A stretch of DNA of 64,000 nucleotides from Chthonomonas calidirosea. Lineage in GTDB: Bacteria; Armatimonadota; Fimbriimonadia; Fimbriimonadales; Fimbriimonadaceae. Position 1 is the stretch's first letter. Every line of letters starts with the position of its first letter. Below the pieces are notes generated by a model. The model was not told where the DNA came from, did no database searches, and was given only the letters and a program-made list of their open reading frames with translations. Where the stretch lies: positions 96,001 to 160,000 of the forward strand of contig CAMAPH010000001.1 in NCBI GenBank assembly GCA_945859975.1. Reading direction: 5' to 3'. Below, piece after piece: positions 39,035-48,637 of the stretch. The position numbers were made by a program, and so were the translations under genes.

Positions 39035-39049
39035 AACCCACTCTCTTCT

Positions 39050-40342
39050 TCACTTATCGAAGTACCGCTTTGCGAAGGCGATGAAGTTCGCCCAGTTGGG
39101 GCCGTTGGTGTGACCGCCGGTGTGTTGGCTAAACGCAAGATCGCCTTGTTGGGCGGGGGTGCCTTCTGGCGGCATTTCGGTGGCTGAGAGCCCTTTCTTG
39201 CCGAGCAGTTCCCAGGCGGGTGAGGCCAGTTGCGTAGCCATGAACGTGCCACGGCTGTCGATCCACGTGCCTTCTACGCGCGGGCTGCCGACGCCGACGA
39301 AAGTCGGTCTTGGCGCGCTCATGGCGAGAAGTTGGTGGCCGTCTACTGGCATATCCCCAGGTGTCAGCGGCCCCGCGTACTTGACGTAGGTCCCGGCCAT
39401 CCAGTGGTACTCGCCGCTGGACGCGACATTTTCTACCTGCTCGCCCGAGTTGCGGCGCCAGATTTTCACTCCGCCTTGACCGGATGATCCGATGAAGCCG
39501 ATCGCGAATCGTGGTTCGTATGCCATCGTTAATGCGGCGGCTTTGCCATATCTCGAAAGTCCCTCAATCACCACGCGTTTGGCATCCGTTTGCGGGTCTC
39601 GCTCCAGATAGTCCAGCGCTCGCGAAGCACCCCAGCCCCATGCCTTGAGCGCGCCCCAATCTTCTGGCTTCCTCGGCTCCCCTTTGTTGACGAGGCCAAT
39701 GATTCCCGCGCGGAGGCCAGCACCGTTGTCGGCTTGGTAGGAGCCGGGCTCAAGAATCGCAAAGCCCCAGCCTTCTTTGATAACCATCGACTGCCACTCG
39801 GGGACGGGCGGAGTCGGCGCACCGGGACGTTCTGGGAAGGAGAAGCCGAACTCCATGATCACCGGCACCTTCTTGGCTTGCCGTGGCGTGACCAGGGTCA
39901 TGCGGATATTAACTTCGATGGCAGGATACGCCCGGTTATCGACTTTCCCGACCAGCTTCTTGGTCTTGGTCTCGAATCCACCGACCGTCGTATCCGCTTC
40001 CGATTCCACCGTCCACTCGACTTTTGGCAAGTTCTTTGGAGTTCGACCATAGATTTCCCGATCCAGAAGCTCGGCAATCTCCGCCCGTCGGCGCGACCAA
40101 TCGCGGGCCGATTTCACTGGTTTGCCGTTGGCGAAAGTAAGAAGCGGGGGGATGTTGGGGTACGGATTGGCCTTGCTCTCGTCCGTGTTCGCCGCGTTGG
40201 GGGCATTCGGATTCATGCCGTCCGCACCGCCACGAAGCGAAGTGATGTTCAGCGTCTTCAGCAGTAGCGCATGGTCTGCTTCTGTCGCTGCGCGTGCGTT
40301 CTGACCTTGAGCCATAGCGATAAACAAGATTGGCGTCAACAT
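39050..40342 (-). CDS. CE15-like glucuronoyl/acetylxylan esterase
   Basis: GLSRYGK (G-x-S-R-x-G-K), WGALKAWGWGASRALDYL, HTGGH; start ATG 40342 right after the GH30 stop. Confidence 0.88.
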   Translation of the reverse strand: MLTPILFIAMAQGQNARAATEADHALLLKTLNITSLRGGADGMNPNAPNAANTDESKANPYPNIPPLLTFANGKPVKSARDWSRRRAEIAELLDREIYGRTPKNLPKVEWTVESEADTTVGGFETKTKKLVGKVDNRAYPAIEVNIRMTLVTPRQAKKVPVIMEFGFSFPERPGAPTPPVPEWQSMVIKEGWGFAILEPGSYQADNGAGLRAGIIGLVNKGEPRKPEDWGALKAWGWGASRALDYLERDPQTDAKRVVIEGLSRYGKAAALTMAYEPRFAIGFIGSSGQGGVKIWRRNSGEQVENVASSGEYHWMAGTYVKYAGPLTPGDMPVDGHQLLAMSAPRPTFVGVGSPRVEGTWIDSRGTFMATQLASPAWELLGKKGLSATEMPPEGTPAQQGDLAFSQHTGGHTNGPNWANFIAFAKRYFDK

Positions 40343-40343
40343 T

Positions 40344-41816
40344 TTAGTTCTCCCAGTGCAGCGTTGCAACGCCCCGGCCCAGAAGCGTGACGGTGCCATC
40401 TTTGACCTCACCAAGCTCTCGGAACTTCTCTCCCGCTTCCGTTTCAGTTGATCGATATAGCTTGGGATTTTTGAACCCGGTTGCTGCGGGTGGCAACTTA
40501 AAGGTCAACGGCTTGGTTCCCGGATTCACCAGGACAAGGGCCGCCTCCGAATTGTCATCCTTTTTGTAAGCCGAGACGCGGACATCTGCATCAGTTGTCG
40601 AAGCATCGACTCGATGCCAGCCGGCACCGATGAAGTTCGAAAAGTGCTTGATCGCATAGAACCGACCTCGCCGCTCGACGCTGCCATCCAGCTGGTTGTA
40701 GTAGACCAGCGCATTTCCGGGCTGGTGCACTCCTCGCGCGGCAATCCAGACAAAGTAGGCGCTCACGTCGCCAAATGCGAAAGCATCCGAGATCATGCTC
40801 GCCTGCTGAACCATGTCGACTCCTTCGAGAAACTCGGTTTGCATGAACGGCTTCTGGCGGACGGTTTCGCCATACACCGCTTTTAACCGGGCAAGTGCAG
40901 TGCGGTACTTCGTCGGGGATGCCTCTTCGGCACCGTTCCCGTAGATGTGGAACGAGATGTTCTGCAACAGTCCAAGTGCCTTCTTACCGGCGTCCGTCTC
41001 GGGATCAAGCAGCCGCTTTACCTGCGAATCGCCGCTGTCTAGACGAATCGTAAACGTTTCTGGACCCGTAATTCCCGGCATGGCGGCGCCGAACTCTTTC
41101 TTGAGCGCGGCATGGGTTGCGGTCAGGGTTTCCGCGTAGCCTGCCATCTCGTACCCTTCTGGCGTCTTCCCTTCGGTCGCAAGGAACTCGCAGCCTTCGT
41201 ACGCAACCGCGATGTCCAGTTCGTTCTGAAGGGTGATCAGGTCGGGCAAGCGACCAGTGACTGATTTGAACTTGAGCAAACTCTCCTTCCACCACTCGGC
41301 GAACCCGCCGTAGACGTACTTACCGTTGGCCCCGCGCTTCAGCGTGACGTTGGCCAGTCCTTTATCTGTCCCGTCGGAGCGTCCACTCAGCAATCCGTTG
41401 TTCTTCAGGCGTCCCGGCGGCGACCACGACGTGAAGAGCAGCTTAACCGGCCCCTTTTTGCCTCTTGATGCCGCGTCGCTGTACTTCGTCGCTCCGGCAA
41501 CATAGTCGCGGAGCATGTTCTCGAACGTCGCCTGCTGGCCCGGATAGTCGTGGAAGTTTCGCAGCCGGAGAAAGTCGAGTTTGAGGTCCGAAAAAAGGGC
41601 GCGGTAGACACGGTCGCGCTCGCCATGGGCCAGCAACGCGTCACCGTTGTAAGTCTGGGTTCCGCCGAAGCCGAGCATCGGCTGGTGCGTCTTCGACAAG
41701 TCGATCTGAATGGCAATCGGCTCTTGCGGCGCGGGGGTCTGCGGAAGTCCAAAAATCGAGAGGGCGCCGATGGCGAAGCTGCTACCAGCTAAAAGGTGAG
41801 TCATCATTGTCATCAC
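40344..41816 (-). CDS. GH30-like (glucurono)xylanase
   Basis: HQPMLGFGG, TSWSPP, LQNELD, MQTEF, KHFSNFI, VSAYK. Confidence 0.8.
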   Translation of the reverse strand: MMTMMTHLLAGSSFAIGALSIFGLPQTPAPQEPIAIQIDLSKTHQPMLGFGGTQTYNGDALLAHGERDRVYRALFSDLKLDFLRLRNFHDYPGQQATFENMLRDYVAGATKYSDAASRGKKGPVKLLFTSWSPPGRLKNNGLLSGRSDGTDKGLANVTLKRGANGKYVYGGFAEWWKESLLKFKSVTGRLPDLITLQNELDIAVAYEGCEFLATEGKTPEGYEMAGYAETLTATHAALKKEFGAAMPGITGPETFTIRLDSGDSQVKRLLDPETDAGKKALGLLQNISFHIYGNGAEEASPTKYRTALARLKAVYGETVRQKPFMQTEFLEGVDMVQQASMISDAFAFGDVSAYFVWIAARGVHQPGNALVYYNQLDGSVERRGRFYAIKHFSNFIGAGWHRVDASTTDADVRVSAYKKDDNSEAALVLVNPGTKPLTFKLPPAATGFKNPKLYRSTETEAGEKFRELGEVKDGTVTLLGRGVATLHWEN

Positions 41817-41957
41817 TTGATCTACCGATACATCATAGCCATTTCATCGGGTTCAGAGATTCTCTGCGCAAGCATTTTCGAATCCAAACGCAAATTTTGA
41901 GAGATCGCCGCGATTGAAATCGACAATGCCCCCAATTCCCGCTAGACTGTCCGCAAC

Positions 41958-43262
41958 GTGAATAGAAACGAACTTTCCCGTCGTGACGTCCTCCGTGGCA
42001 CCGCCGCCGTGGCGGTTGGTGGCCTGCTTGCCAAAGGCTCGGCCGCCGAGAAACCCGCACCTGACCGCTTGAAGCTCGGCATCATTGGCTGCGGCGGAAA
42101 AGGCTGGAGCGGAATGCAAGATGCCGCCCAATTCGGCGACGTCGTCGCCATCTGCGACATCGACGCAAAAGAGCGCGCCCGTGGCATGGTCGAGCACCCG
42201 AAGGCCGCGACCTTCGACGACTATCGCAAGATGCTAGAAGCGATGAAAGGCGAGATCAACGCCGTGGTCGTCAGCACTCCCGACCACCATCATGCTATCG
42301 CCAGTGCGCTCGCGATGAAGCAAGGACTCCACTGCTACTGCGAAAAGCCGCTCACCCGAACCATTTGGGAAGCTCGACAACTCGCCGAGATCGCGAAGCG
42401 ACAGCGAGTGGCTACCCAGATGGGCAACCAGAGCACGGCGAGCACCAACATGCGCAAAGCCGCAGCCCACGTCCGAGCAGGAACGTACGGCGCGGTGAAA
42501 GAAGTTCACCTCTGGACAGATCGTGCGGCGGCGTACTGGCGACAAGGCATTCCTCGCCCGCCGATCGCTCGCGCGCCGAAAACCGTCGACTTCGATCTGT
42601 GGCTGGGTCCCCGACCTTACCGACCGTACGGCGAGGGGTATCACCCGTTCGCTTGGCGCGGGTTCTGGGACTTCGGCACCGGCGCCCTTGGCGACATGGG
42701 TTGCCACATTTTCAACATGTCCTACATGGCGCTTGACCTCAAGGATCCTCTGACCGTACAAGCCGAAACCAGCGGACACAACCGCGACAGCTTCCCGGAT
42801 TGGGCGATTGTTCACTACGAGTTTCCAAAGCGAAAGGACCGCGACGCCCTGCAGGTTCACTGGTACGACGGCGGAAAGAAACCGGCCGCAAGCCTCGCAC
42901 CCGGATTCGATTTCGGCGGAAACGGCAGCATTGTCGTTTGCGAGAAAGGCACGATCTACAGCCCAGACGAATCGAACACGCGCTTCCTGCTCGTTGGGGG
43001 CGGTGAGTTGCCGGACATCCAGGTCGAAGAGAGCCCGGGTCACATGGCCGAATTCGCGCGGGCTGCTCTCGGCGGAAAGCCAGCACGGTCCAACATTCCG
43101 GACTACTCGGGTCCGCTCACGGAAACCGTGCTCCTCGGCAACCTCGCCATTTGGGCAGATGGTCCGAAGCTGGAATGGGATGCCAAGGCGATGAAAGTAA
43201 AAGGGACGAACGAGTTTGATGAACTCATCCGCCCCAAATTCCGACCTGGCTGGGCCGTCTAA
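41958..43262 (+). CDS. Tat-exported Gfo/Idh/MocA oxidoreductase (paralogue 1)
   Basis: SRRDVL twin-Arg, IGCGGKG, STPDHHH, YCEKPL, GALGDMGCH. Confidence 0.93.
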   Translation: MNRNELSRRDVLRGTAAVAVGGLLAKGSAAEKPAPDRLKLGIIGCGGKGWSGMQDAAQFGDVVAICDIDAKERARGMVEHPKAATFDDYRKMLEAMKGEINAVVVSTPDHHHAIASALAMKQGLHCYCEKPLTRTIWEARQLAEIAKRQRVATQMGNQSTASTNMRKAAAHVRAGTYGAVKEVHLWTDRAAAYWRQGIPRPPIARAPKTVDFDLWLGPRPYRPYGEGYHPFAWRGFWDFGTGALGDMGCHIFNMSYMALDLKDPLTVQAETSGHNRDSFPDWAIVHYEFPKRKDRDALQVHWYDGGKKPAASLAPGFDFGGNGSIVVCEKGTIYSPDESNTRFLLVGGGELPDIQVEESPGHMAEFARAALGGKPARSNIPDYSGPLTETVLLGNLAIWADGPKLEWDAKAMKVKGTNEFDELIRPKFRPGWAV

Positions 43263-43267
43263 CCCAG

Positions 43268-43927
43268 TTAGTTCTTGATGGGCCGAATCTTGATGTTGCG
43301 GAAAGACACGTTACCGTGGTCTCCCTGAATCGCGATTCGGCCCTTTCCGAGCTTGCCAAAGTTCGGATACTTCGCAAATTTGCTCTTGGCCACTCGCGCC
43401 TTGAAGTCTTCGCTACCCAAAACGTAGTCGTAGTACTTGGTTCCGTTGACCCAGGTCGTGCAAACCTTCGGGCTAACGAGGATCCGGAGTTCGTTCCACT
43501 GCCCCGATGGCTTCGCGGTGTCTACTGGTGAGCTATAGAGCTCATAAAGCATGCCCGAGGTCTGAATGCCTTCCTGCTTCGGGTGGTCGTAAAGCTGAAT
43601 CTCTGGGCCGCTGTGCCAAACGGCATCGCCGTCATCGGCGACGTGGTACATCACGCCGCTGTTCTGGCCTTTACCAAGGTTGAACTCGAGCTTGAGCTCG
43701 AACCACTCGAACTTCTCGTCGCTGACGATGTCTCCGGCAGTTCCGGCGTCGGCGATCGTGAGAACACCATCTTTGATCTGCCAACCGGCGCTGAGCTTGT
43801 CGGACTTGAAGTTCTTCCAACCGGCACTGGTTTTGCCGTCAAAGAGCAACTTCCAACCCGCGCGCTTCTCTTCGGCGGTTAACATGGGCAATTGGGCGAT
43901 GGCGAAGACGGCTACGGCGGCGAGCAT
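43268..43927 (-). CDS. DUF1080 (3-keto-disaccharide hydrolase/lyase family) protein
   Basis: GWKLLFDGK, NSGVMY, EIQLYD, GQWN, IQGDHGNVSFRNIKI. Confidence 0.92.
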   Translation of the reverse strand: MLAAVAVFAIAQLPMLTAEEKRAGWKLLFDGKTSAGWKNFKSDKLSAGWQIKDGVLTIADAGTAGDIVSDEKFEWFELKLEFNLGKGQNSGVMYHVADDGDAVWHSGPEIQLYDHPKQEGIQTSGMLYELYSSPVDTAKPSGQWNELRILVSPKVCTTWVNGTKYYDYVLGSEDFKARVAKSKFAKYPNFGKLGKGRIAIQGDHGNVSFRNIKIRPIKN

Positions 43928-43931
43928 TCGT

Positions 43932-44453
43932 CTATGTTAGCGCAGGACGAGCGTCCTTCTGGTGCACCATCAGAATTTCGTCTTGAGCTTCACCGTTCAC
44001 GATCATAAACCGGTGCTCATAGCTGAACTCTTTGAAGCCGAGCGACTCGTATAGCCGTCGCGCGACGTGGTTGCTCGCGTTGACGCCAAGGTTCACTTGC
44101 AGAACTTCGGGCCACTCGTATGCGTACTCCATCGCAGCAGAAATGAGCGAACGGGCAAGACCCTGACCCCGGAATTCTGGCTGAACATACACTCCCCAAA
44201 CCCACACCTTATGCTTTAGACGAGCCGATTTCTCTTGATACACGCCGGTGACTCCCGCGAGGGCGCCATTAACAAAAGCTCCGAAGACGGCTGAACCTTC
44301 CGTGGCGACCAGACGTTCCCTCACGTCGCCAATCTCGCGATCCACTTCTTCACTATGGTCGCTCGCGAACGCGGTCGGATCCTCCAACAACCCGCGAAGC
44401 CGCACCGCCTGAAAGATTTCTGCGTCCTCGGGCGTCAACAGTCGAATGCTCAT
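43932..44453 (-). CDS. GNAT-family N-acetyltransferase
   Basis: VYVQPEFRGQGLA, NHVARRLYESLGF; start moved to ATG 44453. Confidence 0.92.
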   Translation of the reverse strand: MSIRLLTPEDAEIFQAVRLRGLLEDPTAFASDHSEEVDREIGDVRERLVATEGSAVFGAFVNGALAGVTGVYQEKSARLKHKVWVWGVYVQPEFRGQGLARSLISAAMEYAYEWPEVLQVNLGVNASNHVARRLYESLGFKEFSYEHRFMIVNGEAQDEILMVHQKDARPALT

Positions 44454-44472
44454 CCAGACCGAAAGGTACCCG

Positions 44473-45093
44473 TCAGAAGGTGACGCCAAACGTGAGCGTT
44501 AGATCCTTCGCGGAAACTAGAAGTAATCCAACAGAATAATCGCCCTTCACATATTGAACAAACGGATTGTGCGCCCGGCCGTCGAACTGATTTCCGACAA
44601 ACCACTTGCCGTCGGGGCTGTACTTTGTGCCAAACACCGTGCGGAGTTTCGTCTCGTTCGTCTGCCGCGATGCTCCGCCAAACACGTTGATTCGGTTTTC
44701 GCCAAAGCGGAAATTCTTTTCGAGCGTGACCGCCGAGCCGGTCGCCCCGGTCTCTTGACTTTGGAGTCCGTAGGACAGATTCAATCCAGGCAGCTTTTCG
44801 CGCTCCAGCACTGCCTGGTAGGCAAACAGCCCCCGCACCCCGCGCGAGGAGCCGTGGAATGTCGCACCAATCTGTACCCGCGGGATCGACACATTCCAAA
44901 GCGCCGCGCCAACCGAGTTCGCGGTGAAAAACCACTTCTTCGGCGATTCGATGCCGCTGGCGTAACCGTTCGCAACACAGATCGGGCAGAAAACCTTGCT
45001 GCCATCTGCGAGCGGAATGGGCTCCTGCGGATTCTGAACTTGGACGTATGGAAGGACCGGGATCACGCAAGCGTAAAGACCCCGGTCCTCCAT
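44473..45093 (-). CDS. Hypothetical protein, CxxC motif plus beta-strand-rich body ending in Phe (outer-membrane barrel candidate)
   Basis: CPIC motif; alternating hydrophobic strands; C-terminus LTLTFGVTF; start uncertain. Confidence 0.6.
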   Translation of the reverse strand: MEDRGLYACVIPVLPYVQVQNPQEPIPLADGSKVFCPICVANGYASGIESPKKWFFTANSVGAALWNVSIPRVQIGATFHGSSRGVRGLFAYQAVLEREKLPGLNLSYGLQSQETGATGSAVTLEKNFRFGENRINVFGGASRQTNETKLRTVFGTKYSPDGKWFVGNQFDGRAHNPFVQYVKGDYSVGLLLVSAKDLTLTFGVTF

Positions 45094-45106
45094 TAAGTTC
45101 CAGAAA

Positions 45107-46915
45107 TTATCGGCGGGCCGGCAACAACGAGACCCCTTGAACAACTACATTGCCGTTCGAACTTCTGTTCGTCCAAGACACTTGCAGGCGCTGACCGGGC
45201 GCCGACGCGCGGAATGTGATTTGGGCATAGCCGTAGAACGAAGTCGGTAGATTCTTGGCCGGAACTTCGTACTCCGTCGCCGAGTCCGAAAGCTTCAAGC
45301 GCAACCGCCCCGACGAACCAACAGCGCCAAGGTAGAAGCGGATCGTTTGCAAAGTCGTATCTGCGGCAACGCTAAAGCTGAACCCACCGTCCGTTCCTTG
45401 AATCTGGCGACCACTGTTTGTGTTTCCGCCCGGATAGAAGATTCGCCTGATACGGGAGAGACCGTTTGTTTCAAAATCACCCACTGCCGCGAGTTCAGAG
45501 ATAACTCTCGAACCGGGGTTCTTCACCACATTCGTGGTGAAGATGGACCACTCCCGTTCCCGGTTGCGCCCGATGGTTACTGGTCCCGTAGTCTCTTCAA
45601 TAACCGCCTCCACCCATGACGTGTTGGTAGGTGGCGTGTGCCGTAGACGATAGATGGTTCCGCTGTAGTCGTCGCTGATCAGCACTCCACCGGTCGGTTC
45701 AACCGCAATATCAACGGGCCGACCCCACTGATCCTGACTCGCTTCGTCCAGCCAACCGGTTACAAAATCGCTGTAACCCATGAGGTTTTTCGAGTCCGCA
45801 TGAGATGGATAATAAGTTACCTTGTAACCTGTCTTGGCTCCGCGATTCCAGGAACCGTGCAAGGCAACGGCGGCCCCGTTTCGCCAAGGGGCGGGCGCTT
45901 GGGTTCCGGTGAAGAAGGTGAGCCCCAAGGGCGCGCTGTGCGCTTGAACTCCCTTCGAAATTCGCGTGAAGTTCACCTGCGGGAAGTTTGCCCAGAGCGG
46001 ATTATTGTCAAAGTCCGGATCGTAGGGTGGAAAGTTCAAATGGCTCAGTGAGTCTGGACTCGGGTTAGCATACGGCCACCCGTAGTTGCCCCCTGAGACG
46101 ACTCGCGTAAATCCATCGGGCGGATGATTGTCGATGTAGCTTCCGATTTCGTTGCCGTACTGCCCGGTGCCATCGTTGTGCGGGTACTTGACATTATCGC
46201 GATGGTTGATGGTCGCCCAAAGCGTGCTCGTCCCTGGGTAGAAGGCTAACCCCTCGGCATTGCGCAATCCACGGGCAAACAGCGTCCTGCCCGTGCCGTC
46301 CGCGTTATAGCGATAGATTGCGCACCGAATCGGGTCACTTGTCGCATCCCCCGCCCATGCATTACTGCTACTCGCAATGGAAACGTACAACCGATTTGAA
46401 GAATCGAGGGCGATGTTCTTGAGCGCGTGACCGTAGTTTCCGCCGAGCTCTGGCAGGCTTGAATCGGGAAGATTATCGACCACGACCTGTCGGTTCTGCC
46501 CACTCGTGTTCCCGGTCGTGTACGTGTAGCGTGCAATCCGATTCGTCTCGGCGATATACACGTAGGTGGTTTGCCCGATCGTATGAAAGACGACGTCGTG
46601 GGGCAAGTTGAGGCCGGTGGCGTAGTCGAAAATGAGTGGATCAGAGCCTGCTTGCGGTCGAACGACGACCACTTTGCCTTCCCATGGTTTCGACACGAAA
46701 ATATCGCCATTTGGCGCCACCGCCATGAATCGCGCTCCGCCGACTCGAGCCACGACTTCAACGCTGGTATTCGGCGGAACGTTGAGCGTCCGTGCTAGAT
46801 CAAACGGCCACCAGCGCATGCTCTCCGGGACCGATACGGGTACCGGCGTCAAGTCCCACTGCGCCGAAGCGCCGGCGACCAAACCAAAAATCATCAGTCC
46901 GAACCATCCTTTCAT
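45107..46915 (-). CDS. PQQ-dependent sugar/sorbosone dehydrogenase-like beta-propeller with C-terminal beta domain
   Basis: ARGLRNAEGL, GGNYGWP, AHSAPLGL, HGSWNR, WGRPVD, ISDDYSGTIYR; signal peptide from ATG 46915. Confidence 0.85.
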   Translation of the reverse strand: MKGWFGLMIFGLVAGASAQWDLTPVPVSVPESMRWWPFDLARTLNVPPNTSVEVVARVGGARFMAVAPNGDIFVSKPWEGKVVVVRPQAGSDPLIFDYATGLNLPHDVVFHTIGQTTYVYIAETNRIARYTYTTGNTSGQNRQVVVDNLPDSSLPELGGNYGHALKNIALDSSNRLYVSIASSSNAWAGDATSDPIRCAIYRYNADGTGRTLFARGLRNAEGLAFYPGTSTLWATINHRDNVKYPHNDGTGQYGNEIGSYIDNHPPDGFTRVVSGGNYGWPYANPSPDSLSHLNFPPYDPDFDNNPLWANFPQVNFTRISKGVQAHSAPLGLTFFTGTQAPAPWRNGAAVALHGSWNRGAKTGYKVTYYPSHADSKNLMGYSDFVTGWLDEASQDQWGRPVDIAVEPTGGVLISDDYSGTIYRLRHTPPTNTSWVEAVIEETTGPVTIGRNREREWSIFTTNVVKNPGSRVISELAAVGDFETNGLSRIRRIFYPGGNTNSGRQIQGTDGGFSFSVAADTTLQTIRFYLGAVGSSGRLRLKLSDSATEYEVPAKNLPTSFYGYAQITFRASAPGQRLQVSWTNRSSNGNVVVQGVSLLPARR

Positions 46916-47024
46916 AAACAAAGCAACCTCAAACCTATTATCTGACATAGGCTGAAAACTAACAAGCCAAATTGAGGATTAACTCGACAATGCCGTCGCA
47001 AAATTGACGATAAAAGTTGCTCTC

Positions 47025-47405
47025 TTAGCCCATCGAATGCAAGCCGACCCGATTCCCTTCTGAATCATGAAAGATTGCGAAGAAGCCCATTCCCGGTGCG
47101 ATCTCCGTTTTGCCCAGCTCGATCTTCCCACCTGCTGGTTCGACGCGATTTAGCACAACCGAAAGGTCCGCACCGCCACTGAGGTAGACGACCGTTCCTT
47201 CAACGGATGGTACGTGACCATCGGCGCGAATGATTGCTCCACCAACGCCGTTCTCTCGATCGTGGAGGAAAAATCCCATCAGGCTCGTCCCCATTTCGAT
47301 TACCGGCATGTCGAAGTCAAAGATCGCACCGTAAAATGCACGAGCGCGTTCGAAGTCCACGGTTGGAATTTCGAACCATGACAGGGAGTGTTGAGTCATT
47401 TCCAT
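47025..47405 (-). CDS. VOC/glyoxalase family protein
   Basis: WFEIPTVDFERARAFY, AGGKI, DSEGNRVGLHS; TAAGCT+6 nt before ATG 47405. Confidence 0.92.
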   Translation of the reverse strand: MEMTQHSLSWFEIPTVDFERARAFYGAIFDFDMPVIEMGTSLMGFFLHDRENGVGGAIIRADGHVPSVEGTVVYLSGGADLSVVLNRVEPAGGKIELGKTEIAPGMGFFAIFHDSEGNRVGLHSMG

Positions 47406-47443
47406 CACGTCAGCTTAACGGAAATATCACACTAGGGAAAGGT

Positions 47444-48637
47444 ATGAAGATTGGAATCGTTGGGGGCGGCGCGTCGGGGGCTTTGGTCGCGGCGCATCTT
47501 GTTCGATCGGGACTCCCGAAAGATGCCATTTCGATCTTCGACCGAGCGGGTTTAGTGGGTGCTGGTGCAGCGTACGGTGCGGCAACCGAAAACTATCTCC
47601 TGAACGTTCCGGCCGGAAAAATGAGCGCCTATCCGGACGAAACCAGCCACTTCGCTGAGTGGCTTGTGCAACGAGGGTTAGGGATCGAGGGTGAAGTTTC
47701 GTCCAAATTTGTGGCGAGACGGTGGTACGGTCAGTATCTTCGGGAACTGATCGGTGACGTGCCAGTGATCTCAGAAGAAGTGAGCCTCGTTGAGTTTCAA
47801 TCCGGTCAATTCAAGATCGGTGACCGAAATTTTGACCATCTAGTTCTTGCCCTCGGAAATGCGAAACCCACTTTGCCGCCTCAATTCGCCAGCTTCCAAG
47901 ATCACCCAGGCTTTCGCAACTCCACTTGGCGAAACCTTCCGGAGGAGGTTCATCCAGAGGACCGCGTGATCATCATCGGAACGGGGCTTACGATGCTGGA
48001 TGCGCTTTGCGAACTTTCCGCCCGTAGCTTTCGGGGCCAAGTCACCGCCGTATCGCGACATGGCTTCATGCCCCAACCGCACCAACCAACGACGCCCGTG
48101 CCGTATACAGGGGCGACTACTCTGCGGGCGATCCTAAAGTACGTGCGAAAAGCCGAGGATTGGCGCGCTGCCATTGATGGGCTCCGACCGACTTCCCAGG
48201 CTATCTGGAAGCAGTTCTCCCTTCGAGAAAAGCGTCAATTCCTGCGCCATGCACGACCGTTCTGGGAGGTCCACCGGCACCGCGCCCCCGCACAGACCTA
48301 CCAACTCGCGCAGGACTGGATTCGTACCGGACAACTGAGCATCCATCTCGCGGCTAATTTCGATCCTGGTCAGTCCAGTTTCGATTGGATATTCAACGCC
48401 ACTGGGCCGAACCAGCGATTGGCCAGCCGAGCGGTTCCCGTCATCGAATCTCTCGTTGAACGCGGCTTAGCCAGATACGACGAACTCAGCCTTGGGTTAG
48501 ATCCCTTGTCCTTGAATCCAAACTTGCACGCCATTGGCACGTTGACCCTAGGCACCCTTTGGGAATGCACCGCCGTACCCGACATTCGGAACCAAGCCGC
48601 CGCTATTGCCGCTCAGATTCTTCAAGCAAGGCCGTAA
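47444..48637 (+). CDS. FAD/NAD(P)-binding protein (YdhS-like)
   Basis: IVGGGASG, LLNVPAGKMS, IGTGLT, WEVHRHR, WECTAVPDIR; SD GGAAAGG before ATG 47444. Confidence 0.88.
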   Translation: MKIGIVGGGASGALVAAHLVRSGLPKDAISIFDRAGLVGAGAAYGAATENYLLNVPAGKMSAYPDETSHFAEWLVQRGLGIEGEVSSKFVARRWYGQYLRELIGDVPVISEEVSLVEFQSGQFKIGDRNFDHLVLALGNAKPTLPPQFASFQDHPGFRNSTWRNLPEEVHPEDRVIIIGTGLTMLDALCELSARSFRGQVTAVSRHGFMPQPHQPTTPVPYTGATTLRAILKYVRKAEDWRAAIDGLRPTSQAIWKQFSLREKRQFLRHARPFWEVHRHRAPAQTYQLAQDWIRTGQLSIHLAANFDPGQSSFDWIFNATGPNQRLASRAVPVIESLVERGLARYDELSLGLDPLSLNPNLHAIGTLTLGTLWECTAVPDIRNQAAAIAAQILQARP

